DNA of 21,642 bases from Marine Group I thaumarchaeote (GTDB lineage: Archaea > Thermoproteota > Nitrososphaeria > Nitrososphaerales > Nitrosopumilaceae): assembly GCA_044358425.1 (NCBI GenBank), contig CP054849.1:1315395-1337036 (forward strand). The letters run 5' to 3'. Position numbers and translations under genes: made by a program. Positions 9,226-16,739 of this stretch are shown in pieces. The first letter of the stretch is position 1. The number at the start of each line of letters is the position of its first letter. The notes under the pieces were generated by a model that was given only the letters and a program-made list of their open reading frames with translations, made no database searches and had not been told where the DNA came from.

Positions 9226-9762
9226 ATGACAGAAAGCAAAATTTCACAAATAACACTAGAAAAATCCAAAGAAGAGTACTCTTCAGATGAAAATATTGAG
9301 ATAAATGTCCAATTTTCGATTGAAGGGGGCCTTAGAGATGCATTCAATGAAGCAAATTGGACTAAAGCATACAATAACAACGATGTTTCAATGAAACTGA
9401 AATATGGTGTAAAATTGACATCTGGTGGTTTTAGAAAGAAGGAATTGGGAAGAACTATTGATTCTTATCGAAAAGCCGCTATTTTTTGGACTAGAAATCC
9501 AAAATTAGTTAATCCAATGAAAGATAGAAGAATTTGGGTTCAAGTTGCAAAAAACTTTGAGCCATTTATCAGACTAAGTGAAGAAGAAGTTAGAGAAGAA
9601 TTCTTAGACTTTAATGAAAAGTTTGTATTCAAAGCATCTGATTTAGGAAAAGGTAAACACAAGATAGGAGCTGAAGTATTTTCATCATGGCAAAAACATG
9701 ATTATACTGAACCAGGTAATATCAAAAATAATTCTAATGAAATAGAAGTCGTAATCAATTAG
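9226..9762 (+). CDS. Hypothetical protein (~178 aa, beta-rich termini)
   Basis: The ORF-track start 9097 overlaps rpoL head-to-head; ATG 9226 (MTESKIS) removes the overlap. Confidence 0.75.
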   Translation: MTESKISQITLEKSKEEYSSDENIEINVQFSIEGGLRDAFNEANWTKAYNNNDVSMKLKYGVKLTSGGFRKKELGRTIDSYRKAAIFWTRNPKLVNPMKDRRIWVQVAKNFEPFIRLSEEEVREEFLDFNEKFVFKASDLGKGKHKIGAEVFSSWQKHDYTEPGNIKNNSNEIEVVIN

Positions 9763-9792
9763 GATATAAGGAACTTTTTTCTTTGATTAACA

Positions 9793-9945
9793 ATGGCAAA
9801 ATATGACGGTCTATTAGGACAACCAATTCTTGAAGTCGAAGAACCTGATAAGGAAGGTGGAATAACTTTCATCTTTAAAGATAACAGGTTTATGTTTATC
9901 AAAGCAGTTGATGGAAAAATTGAAACCGTATCAATTCCAGAATAG
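9793..9945 (+). CDS. Microprotein A (50 aa), paralog of microprotein B
   Basis: Not in ORF track. MAKYDGLLGQPILEVEEPDKEGGITFIFKDNRFMFIKAVDGKIETVSIPE*; TATA-like GATATAAG at 9763-9770. Confidence 0.85.
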   Translation: MAKYDGLLGQPILEVEEPDKEGGITFIFKDNRFMFIKAVDGKIETVSIPE

Positions 9946-9950
9946 GTGAT
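9944..9950 (+). promoter_or_regulatory. Shine-Dalgarno site for microprotein B
   Basis: AGGTGAT overlapping the stop of microprotein A, 5 nt before ATG 9956; archaeal SD consensus GGTGA. Confidence 0.7.
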
Positions 9951-9955
9951 TATGA

Positions 9956-10102
9956 ATGGAAAAATTTGATAAACTCAAAATGTTGGAATTGGTAAAAGTT
10001 GAAGATCCAGATGCTGAAGGTGGAATGACTTTACATTTTCAAGAAAACATTACGTTGAAAATTAAAAACGTTGATGGAAAATTAGTTTCAGAATTTGTAT
10101 AA
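9956..10102 (+). CDS. Microprotein B (48 aa), paralog of microprotein A
   Basis: Not in ORF track. MEKFDKLKMLELVKVEDPDAEGGMTLHFQENITLKIKNVDGKLVSEFV*; stop abuts the convergent phosphatase stop. Confidence 0.85.
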   Translation: MEKFDKLKMLELVKVEDPDAEGGMTLHFQENITLKIKNVDGKLVSEFV

Positions 10103-10597
10103 CTAATTTCTCACATATTTTTCATAATAACTTATTGCTAATTCCTGTACATCTGATTGAATAGATCCAGGTCTTTCTTTTCTAATTTTTTCAATTGCTT
10201 CTTTAGCTGAAAAATTTTTATATTTTATAAAATAACATGCAAGAATTGTTCCAGCTCTTCCTAATCCTGCAGCACAATGAACCATCACAGATTGATTATT
10301 TTTTATTTGATTTTGAATAAATTCAACTGCAGAATCTATTCCTTCCATATCAGGAGCATGAAAATCAGCTGTTGGAACATGTAGATAATCAATTTTATGA
10401 GTCCATTCATCTGGTAGAGGATTTTCAGTCATAGTAACAATTGATTTTACACCTTGAGTTAGAAGCCAATCAAATTCATGAAGTGATGTAGGTATTCCTG
10501 AACCAGCTAATTTTTCGTCAATTAACCAAGAAAAATTCGTAGGTTTTTTTGTAATTTTTCCATGAACTTTTCTCCAAATATTACCTGGCTTACTCAT
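10103..10597 (-). CDS. Dual-specificity protein phosphatase (DUSP23-like)
   Basis: VHCAAGLGRAGT (CX5R P-loop), NFSW...LAG, DFHAP general acid, RPGSIQ. Confidence 0.93.
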   Translation of the reverse strand: MSKPGNIWRKVHGKITKKPTNFSWLIDEKLAGSGIPTSLHEFDWLLTQGVKSIVTMTENPLPDEWTHKIDYLHVPTADFHAPDMEGIDSAVEFIQNQIKNNQSVMVHCAAGLGRAGTILACYFIKYKNFSAKEAIEKIRKERPGSIQSDVQELAISYYEKYVRN

Positions 10598-10722
10598 ACC
10601 ATTATCTGATCAACATACTATATTTTTAGCATTACGAAAATATTGAAAATGAATCATTTTAAAAAAATTAAATTAATTTTAAAATTATGAAAAGTTAAAT
10701 ACTGTTTTATCAAAATCATATT

Positions 10723-10980
10723 GTGCCTACTGCTTATGTATTATTGAATTCAGATTTAGGTACAGACGTTTCAATAATTGCTGAAATAAAACAAATTCTT
10801 ACTGAGGAAAATGTGGAATATGAAGTTAGAGGAGTTTATGGAGTATATGATATTGTTTTAAAAATTTCATCAGACGATGCAGAGAAATTAAGAGCAATAA
10901 TTACAAATAAAATTAGAAAAATCAGTAAAGTTCAATCAACACTTACTATGATGGTTATTGAAGAGCAAGAAAATCTATAG
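10723..10980 (+). CDS. Stand-alone Lrp/AsnC ligand-binding (RAM) domain protein
   Basis: AYVLLN, VYGVYDIVLKI, IRKISKVQSTLT; no HTH; GTG start; GAAAAG-TTAAAT BRE/TATA at 10689-10700. Confidence 0.9.
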   Translation: MPTAYVLLNSDLGTDVSIIAEIKQILTEENVEYEVRGVYGVYDIVLKISSDDAEKLRAIITNKIRKISKVQSTLTMMVIEEQENL

Positions 10981-12126
10981 TTTTTTAATTTCATCAATTA
11001 CTTTTAGCATATCTGATTCATTATTAAAAAAATGAGGTGATACACGAATAATCTTTTTTTCCATTATTTCCCTAACTGCTAAAATAATATTTTGTTTTTC
11101 AAGTTTTTTGACAACTTTTTCTGAATCAAAATTCTTGATGTTAAACGAGACAATACTGGTTCGTTTATCTGGATCCTCTGGACCGTATAAAACAACGTCA
11201 GGGATTTTCATTAATTCATCTCTAAAAATATTAGATAAATTTTGATTTTTTTTGCGAATATTTTCCATACCAAAATTTAACAGATACTTTACTGAAGATT
11301 CTAATCCAACAATTCCAACATAATTTCTAAAACCAGTTTGAAACTTTTCAGGTAAATCCTTAAAAATTAAATTATTGTCATTTTCAATAATTGCAGATTC
11401 ACCTCCAATAGTTTTTGGCTCTAATAATTCACTTGATTCTTTTTTACAATAAAATAAACCTGTTCCCATTGGTCCACACAACCATTTAGACCCATTAAAT
11501 GACATAAAATCACATCCTAATTTTGATACATCATGTGTACCAATACACCCAATTGTTTGTGCACTATCAATAAAAAATGGGATTTCCTTTTCTAGTGAAT
11601 CAGAAATTTTTTCAACAGGTAAAATGGAACCAGTATTATACAAAGCATGACTTATAGCTAATAATTTTGTATTATTATCTACATTTGATTTTAAATCATC
11701 AAGTTTAAAAAACCCATTTGAATCAATTGGAAGACTTCTAACTGAAATTTTATTTTTTAATTTAATCCATGGATAAAAATTGGAATGATGTTCATGAGTC
11801 ATTCCTCTAATTATGATATTAGAGGAATCATCAAAAGATAAACCATTTGCAACAATGTTAATTCCATCAGTAGTACTTTGAGTTAAAATTACTTCTTCAG
11901 ACTTGCAACAAATAATTTTAGCAATAATTTTTCTTACATTATTGAGTTTTTCTTCAATTAAACTTGCTGAATCGTTAGAATCAGGTCCTAGAGAATTATA
12001 TGAAATTAGAAAATCATTCATTGCATTAATGCTCTGAGAAGGCATTAAAGAAACAGATGCATTATTCAAATAGATTTTGTTTGATATAGGAAAATCAGCA
12101 GAAATATCTTTTGACATTAAATTCAT
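10975..12126 (-). CDS. Class V PLP-dependent aminotransferase-fold enzyme (SufS-like fold, no catalytic Cys)
   Basis: IYLNNAS, EHHSN, IDSAQ, SFNGSKWLCGPMGTG (PLP Lys), IRVSPHFFN. Confidence 0.88.
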   Translation of the reverse strand: MNLMSKDISADFPISNKIYLNNASVSLMPSQSINAMNDFLISYNSLGPDSNDSASLIEEKLNNVRKIIAKIICCKSEEVILTQSTTDGINIVANGLSFDDSSNIIIRGMTHEHHSNFYPWIKLKNKISVRSLPIDSNGFFKLDDLKSNVDNNTKLLAISHALYNTGSILPVEKISDSLEKEIPFFIDSAQTIGCIGTHDVSKLGCDFMSFNGSKWLCGPMGTGLFYCKKESSELLEPKTIGGESAIIENDNNLIFKDLPEKFQTGFRNYVGIVGLESSVKYLLNFGMENIRKKNQNLSNIFRDELMKIPDVVLYGPEDPDKRTSIVSFNIKNFDSEKVVKKLEKQNIILAVREIMEKKIIRVSPHFFNNESDMLKVIDEIKKL

Positions 12127-12149
12127 TATTATATCTGTAAAGTCCTACT

Positions 12150-12764
12150 TTGGTGTTGGATAAAAATCCTGAGATAAATCTAAATGATAATCTTAAGTGT
12201 ATTCAAAATGAATTTAAAAATAATGTACCTAGTCTAGTTTTATGTTTAAATTCATTTCATAAAATTGAATTTTTAGATAAATTAATTTCTTCTATAAAAA
12301 ATCCAATTATTTTTGTGGATATGGATTTGTTATATTCTGGGTATATTGAGTCAAAAATGATTAAAGAAAAAGGGAATGTAGAAATTTTTAGACCAAATAA
12401 GCTTGATTGGAAAGAAAGATTATCAGAAATTATTTGTAAAATTTCAGAAAAAGAATTTTTTATTATTATTGATTCGTTTAATGGAATTTACAATTTATTT
12501 GATGATTTAGAATCTGCCAGGTTTGTTAATTCATGTCTAATGCTACTTTCATCATTAAGTAAACAAAGTGATTGTACAGTTGTAGTAACTGGGATGGCTA
12601 GAAATAAAGATAATTATGAATGGATTTTATCTCCAGGTGGTAAACATGTTATGAAATTATCTAAAACTAATCTATATTTTTTAAAAAAAATTCAAAATAA
12701 ACTCACAATTAGAATTATTGATAACGAACAGAATACAGTAAAAGAAAAAAACAAAGCGATCTAG
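12150..12764 (+). CDS. Hypothetical protein, possibly a degenerate RecA/RadB-like fold
   Basis: IIFVDMD and FIIIDSFNG (Walker B-like), VVVTG, SPGG; no Walker A; start uncertain. Confidence 0.6.
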   Translation: MVLDKNPEINLNDNLKCIQNEFKNNVPSLVLCLNSFHKIEFLDKLISSIKNPIIFVDMDLLYSGYIESKMIKEKGNVEIFRPNKLDWKERLSEIICKISEKEFFIIIDSFNGIYNLFDDLESARFVNSCLMLLSSLSKQSDCTVVVTGMARNKDNYEWILSPGGKHVMKLSKTNLYFLKKIQNKLTIRIIDNEQNTVKEKNKAI

Positions 12765-12767
12765 ATC

Positions 12768-12800
12768 AAACGCCGTTATAAAATTTGAAACGCCGTTATA
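12768..12800 (+). repeat. 13-bp perfect direct repeat (x2), probable transcription factor binding site
   Basis: AAACGCCGTTATA at 12768-12780 and 12788-12800, 20-bp period, upstream of TATA-like TTATATTAAG (12821-12830). Confidence 0.8.
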
Positions 12801-12854
12801 GGTCTAAAAATTTAGGTAAATTATATTAAGCACGAATCTCGATTTAATTTTGTT

Positions 12855-13154
12855 ATGCCAGTAGGAATTATTCCAGACATAAGTGAACAAATGTGTATCG
12901 GATGCGCACTCTGTGTAGAAATCTGTACAACACTTGGTCCTGATGTCCTTAGAGTAAAACCAGTTGAAGGCTGGAAAAGAGGTAAAGCATTTGTTTTCTA
13001 CCCAGAAAGATGTATTTCTGATGGTGCATGCATCGGTGTATGCCCAACAAAAGCAATCTTTTGGATGAGACCAATGGACTTTACAGTTGGACAACCAGTT
13101 CCACTCTACAAGAACTCAGTCTTCGTCAAAGGTTGGACTGAATTAATCGATTAG
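12855..13154 (+). CDS. Dicluster Fe-S ferredoxin
   Basis: CIGCALCVEIC and CISDGACIGVCP cluster motifs; frequent C-ending codons (TTC, TAC, ATC, GTC) suggest high expression. Confidence 0.93.
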   Translation: MPVGIIPDISEQMCIGCALCVEICTTLGPDVLRVKPVEGWKRGKAFVFYPERCISDGACIGVCPTKAIFWMRPMDFTVGQPVPLYKNSVFVKGWTELID

Positions 13155-13166
13155 ATTAGTTCTACA

Positions 13167-13192
13167 ATTTTTAATTTCTTTTTATTATTTTT
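13167..13192 (+). terminator. Oligo-T terminator of the ferredoxin gene
   Basis: TTTTTAATTTCTTTTTATTATTTTTT shortly after the stop codon. Confidence 0.6.
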
Positions 13193-13215
13193 AGTTAAGT
13201 TTACTTGTATCAAAT

Positions 13216-14370
13216 CTAATTTTTAGAAAATTTGAATTTTGATTTCCAATTTGAAGTTGATTTCTTAGTTGGTTTTTTGGATAAATTATCCAACATGTCA
13301 TAAGTAATAGTAAATCCATTTCCAACCATAGTAGCATCCTTATTGTAATTTTCTTTATGAGGAACAAATTCATCAGCTAAGTCTTTAATTTTTTTAGTTT
13401 TAAGATCAAACAATCGTATCTTTTTACCATTTTCCAATTCAATAATTGCATCACCACTTAATCCTTGAATAGAAAAAGTTTCAAAAAATCTAATTGTACC
13501 ATTTTGTTTTAATTTAATTATACAATCATAAGTTAACTTGCTTCCATAAAATAAAATTTCACGTGCAGAAATAACTGCATCCTCTTCAACATTTAAAACA
13601 ATGATTGAATCTGCTGTGAGAGATACAGTATTTACAACATTTTCAGCAACAATTTTTCCTTCTGGTGCAGATATAGTTGTTCTGTGTTCTTGAATTTGAA
13701 AAACTCCAACTCTACCTTCTTTATCTTCAACTCTAAATTTTCTACCGTAAATATTACCTACAACTGCATTTCCATTATCTACAAAAATTTGTGCACCATT
13801 TTCAATTTTATATTTATTTTCTAGTGGTTCAATGAATTTAAAATCACCTTTAGTTAAATGAATATTAGTTTTATATTCTTGAGTCCATGAAGGGCTAGTA
13901 ATACTTCCTTGCATAATTATAGGTCCATCATAAGTTAAACTTCCAGCCATAAAATTACCTTTAATAGATAATGTTCCTGTTGCTTTTCTTTCTAATTCAA
14001 TTTCACCAAGAGTTTTAGAACCAAATAATCTAGTAGCAGTTGCATTTGAACGATTTAAAGCAGATGCCCATTCTTCAGCAGTTTTCATTTCTTTAGATAA
14101 TTCTTGACCTAAAATCTGATTTTTCCTTCTAACATCTTCTTCGCTTTCATCAGAATAAACTCTAGAGTTTTTGATTTTTTCGATATCTGTGTCAGGATAT
14201 TTTTTTCCAATTTTTAGATCATCGTATGCCTGTTTGATTTTAATGAATTGTTCATTTTCTCCTCCTCGATCTGAGTGAAATTGTAAAGCTAATCTTCTAA
14301 ATGCGTCCCTAATCTCTTTTTCAGTAGTTCCTTCTACAATACCTAAAATATCATAATTAGATTCTACCAT
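13216..14370 (-). CDS. J-domain (DnaJ-like) protein with HSD motif and a beta-rich C-terminal region
   Basis: NYDILGI...EIRDAFRRLALQFHSDRGG...FIKIKQAYDDL; no G/F-rich or zinc-finger region. Confidence 0.85.
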   Translation of the reverse strand: MVESNYDILGIVEGTTEKEIRDAFRRLALQFHSDRGGENEQFIKIKQAYDDLKIGKKYPDTDIEKIKNSRVYSDESEEDVRRKNQILGQELSKEMKTAEEWASALNRSNATATRLFGSKTLGEIELERKATGTLSIKGNFMAGSLTYDGPIIMQGSITSPSWTQEYKTNIHLTKGDFKFIEPLENKYKIENGAQIFVDNGNAVVGNIYGRKFRVEDKEGRVGVFQIQEHRTTISAPEGKIVAENVVNTVSLTADSIIVLNVEEDAVISAREILFYGSKLTYDCIIKLKQNGTIRFFETFSIQGLSGDAIIELENGKKIRLFDLKTKKIKDLADEFVPHKENYNKDATMVGNGFTITYDMLDNLSKKPTKKSTSNWKSKFKFSKN

Positions 14371-14476
14371 TTTTTTATCAACCTAGTTAGGATCTGTAAT
14401 CATTTTCCTATACTTGTAGTTTATCACATTAGAGAATATCAATGATTTGGAAATTCTTTTAAAAATACTCGTAGAG

Positions 14477-15154
14477 TTAATTTTTTCTTGTTTTTAACAA
14501 GGCAATAATTGCTATTATGATGCCAATAATTGCAATTGGCAATACTACAACATATGCTCCATCTATTTCATCCTGTTTTTTATCATTAGAAACTTCTAAA
14601 TTTTTAATGGTATTTTCTAATGAAGTAATTCTTTGTTCAAGTTTTGAATTATCATCAATTACTTCAGTTAAAGCCAAATCAGCAGATTGAGGAAATTCAA
14701 TATATGATCTTTCTGCAATTGGTGGTGGATGCATGGATAAATTAACAGGTGTCTCCAATATTTTTCCAATTAGATTTGCCTGAAAATATCCTGATACAGT
14801 AGGAGTAATAAAGGCATAATATTTTCCGGGAATGTCATGATCTGCTACAAAAGGTAGAGTAATAGTTTGAGTGTTATCATGTACAAATTGAATTTTTAAT
14901 AATTTTCTTAATCCTTCAATACCATTTTTAAATTCTTGAGAATTTGCACATTCTAGTAAAATCGGAATATCAGGACATTCTTCTAACGGACTCACATACA
15001 ATTCAAGTCCATTGGTCTCACCTGATATAACGGGTTCATTCATCCAACCAATTTCCACACGATATTCCCCAACTGCATCAACTGTATGCCCATATGCAAT
15101 TCCAGCAAAACTGGGAATAAGCAATAATGAAAGTAAAAGAAATTTGTAATTCAT
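14477..15154 (-). CDS. Secreted, C-terminally membrane-anchored hypothetical protein
   Basis: Signal peptide ending IAYG|H, IGWMNEP motif, coiled coil, C-terminal TM helix plus KTRKN tail. Confidence 0.8.
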   Translation of the reverse strand: MNYKFLLLSLLLIPSFAGIAYGHTVDAVGEYRVEIGWMNEPVISGETNGLELYVSPLEECPDIPILLECANSQEFKNGIEGLRKLLKIQFVHDNTQTITLPFVADHDIPGKYYAFITPTVSGYFQANLIGKILETPVNLSMHPPPIAERSYIEFPQSADLALTEVIDDNSKLEQRITSLENTIKNLEVSNDKKQDEIDGAYVVVLPIAIIGIIIAIIALLKTRKN

Positions 15155-15206
15155 AATAAAAAATTAAAATCTAATTTTAAAAATGTTATTTTTGAGATTT
15201 GTACCA

Positions 15207-16652
15207 CTAAGCATCCGCATACATAGAAACTTCCCAAGCGGTAGGAGTTTGTGCAAATGCAGTATATTCCTTGTATTTTAATTCAGAATAAGTTTCAAGA
15301 AAATCTTTTGTAAAAACTTCCTCTAAAAAGTTAGAATCACTACTTAGAGCATCTAGTGAACCCTTTAGTGATACAGGTAATGAACCAATATTATATTCTC
15401 TTTTCTTTTCTGAAGAAAGTTTGTAAACATTTTCTTCAATAGGATCTCCAGGATCAATTTTATTTTTTATTCCATCAAGACCTGCTAATAGTAATGCAGC
15501 TTCTAACAGATAGATATTTGCAGTAGGATCAGGTACACGATATTCAATTCTTTTACTTTTTTCTTGATTTCTATTATACATTGGAATCCTTATTGCTGTT
15601 GAACGATTTGCTAATCCCCAACAAACATTGACTGGTGCCTCAAATCCAGGAACAAGTCTTTTGTAAGAATTAGTTGTAGGATTTGAAATAGCACATAATG
15701 CTGATGCATGACTAAGTATTCCACCAACATAATATCTACCAGTTTGACTCATTTGAGCAACTTCATCATCGTGATCATACATGACATTAGTGTTATTTTT
15801 CCATAAACTTTGATGTGTGTGCATAGCTGATGCATTATCACCAAAAATTGGTTTTGGCATAAAAGTTGCAACTTTATTTTTTCTTTTAGCTTTGACTTTA
15901 ACTAAATTTTTAACTGCAATGACATTATCAGCCATTCCAATCATTTCATCATAAACTAAATTAATTTCACATTGACCTGAAGTTGCAACTTCATGATGTT
16001 CTGCTTCAATTTTTATTCCAAAATAATTATACAAATCATCACATACATCTTTTCTAAATCCTTCAAGTGTATCCTTTGGTTGTGATGGATAATATCCTTC
16101 TTTGATATCTATAGCAGTACTGACATTTCCTTTGGCCCATGGTGATTCTTTAGATTCAATTGAATAACCTGAACCACCACCTGAATGGGTTGCAGCATAT
16201 GGTGATGGATAAACACTAATTGAATCAAAAACAAAAAATTCAATTTCAGGACCCCAATTTGTGTGAGTAAATCCAAATTCTTCAAGTTTTTCTGCTGACT
16301 TATGTGCAATTCCTCTAGAATCTCTATTGTATCTATCTTCTTTGTTTGTACTCCCATCATAAAGATCACAAAAGATCCTTGCATTTTTTCTATGTCCTGG
16401 ATCATAGTCACTTGGTAAAATTTTAAATGAATTTGGATCAGGCATTAAAATCATATCAGAATTATTAACAGATTTGAATCCAACAATTGAACTAGCATCT
16501 AGTTTTTCAAGACCATTTACAAAACTAGTTTCATCAATTGCATAACTAGGCATTCCAACATTATGAAGTTCACCAAAAATATCTACAAACCAAAAATCAA
16601 TGAAAGAGATTTTTTCATCTTCAATAGTTTGTAGTACTTGTTTAGAATCCAA
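15207..16652 (-). CDS. glnA: Glutamine synthetase type I
   Basis: DASSIVGF, SDMILMPD, GPEIEFF, EAEHHEVATSGQCEI, ATFMPKP, MHTHQSL, NSYKRLVPGFEAP, NRSTAIRIP, RIEYRVPDP. Confidence 0.96.
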   Translation of the reverse strand: MDSKQVLQTIEDEKISFIDFWFVDIFGELHNVGMPSYAIDETSFVNGLEKLDASSIVGFKSVNNSDMILMPDPNSFKILPSDYDPGHRKNARIFCDLYDGSTNKEDRYNRDSRGIAHKSAEKLEEFGFTHTNWGPEIEFFVFDSISVYPSPYAATHSGGGSGYSIESKESPWAKGNVSTAIDIKEGYYPSQPKDTLEGFRKDVCDDLYNYFGIKIEAEHHEVATSGQCEINLVYDEMIGMADNVIAVKNLVKVKAKRKNKVATFMPKPIFGDNASAMHTHQSLWKNNTNVMYDHDDEVAQMSQTGRYYVGGILSHASALCAISNPTTNSYKRLVPGFEAPVNVCWGLANRSTAIRIPMYNRNQEKSKRIEYRVPDPTANIYLLEAALLLAGLDGIKNKIDPGDPIEENVYKLSSEKKREYNIGSLPVSLKGSLDALSSDSNFLEEVFTKDFLETYSELKYKEYTAFAQTPTAWEVSMYADA

Positions 16653-16739
16653 TTACTAAATCTTAGAAATTATTTTACTAATGTTGTCTAGTAAGATAGA
16701 ATTGTCAATAAAGTCAGGTAATTTTCAGGGTAAAAACTC

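Noticed and set aside
12768-12800. Direct repeat as a mini-CRISPR or replication origin box
   Set aside because: Only two 13-bp copies with a 7-bp spacer, no cas or cdc6/orc1 gene nearby, and no match to the ORB consensus.
12804-13373. Minus-strand ORFs 12804-13094 and 13191-13373
   Set aside because: Antisense to the ferredoxin, and an alternative frame of the J-domain gene.
14378-14403. 6-codon upstream ORF (MITDPN*) ending in an SD-like AGGTTGA before the J-domain gene
   Set aside because: Too short to distinguish from chance without conservation or Ribo-seq data.
16653-16739. NrpR-type nitrogen operator upstream of glnA
   Set aside because: No GGAA-N6-TTCC present; only short 5-bp repeats expected by chance.
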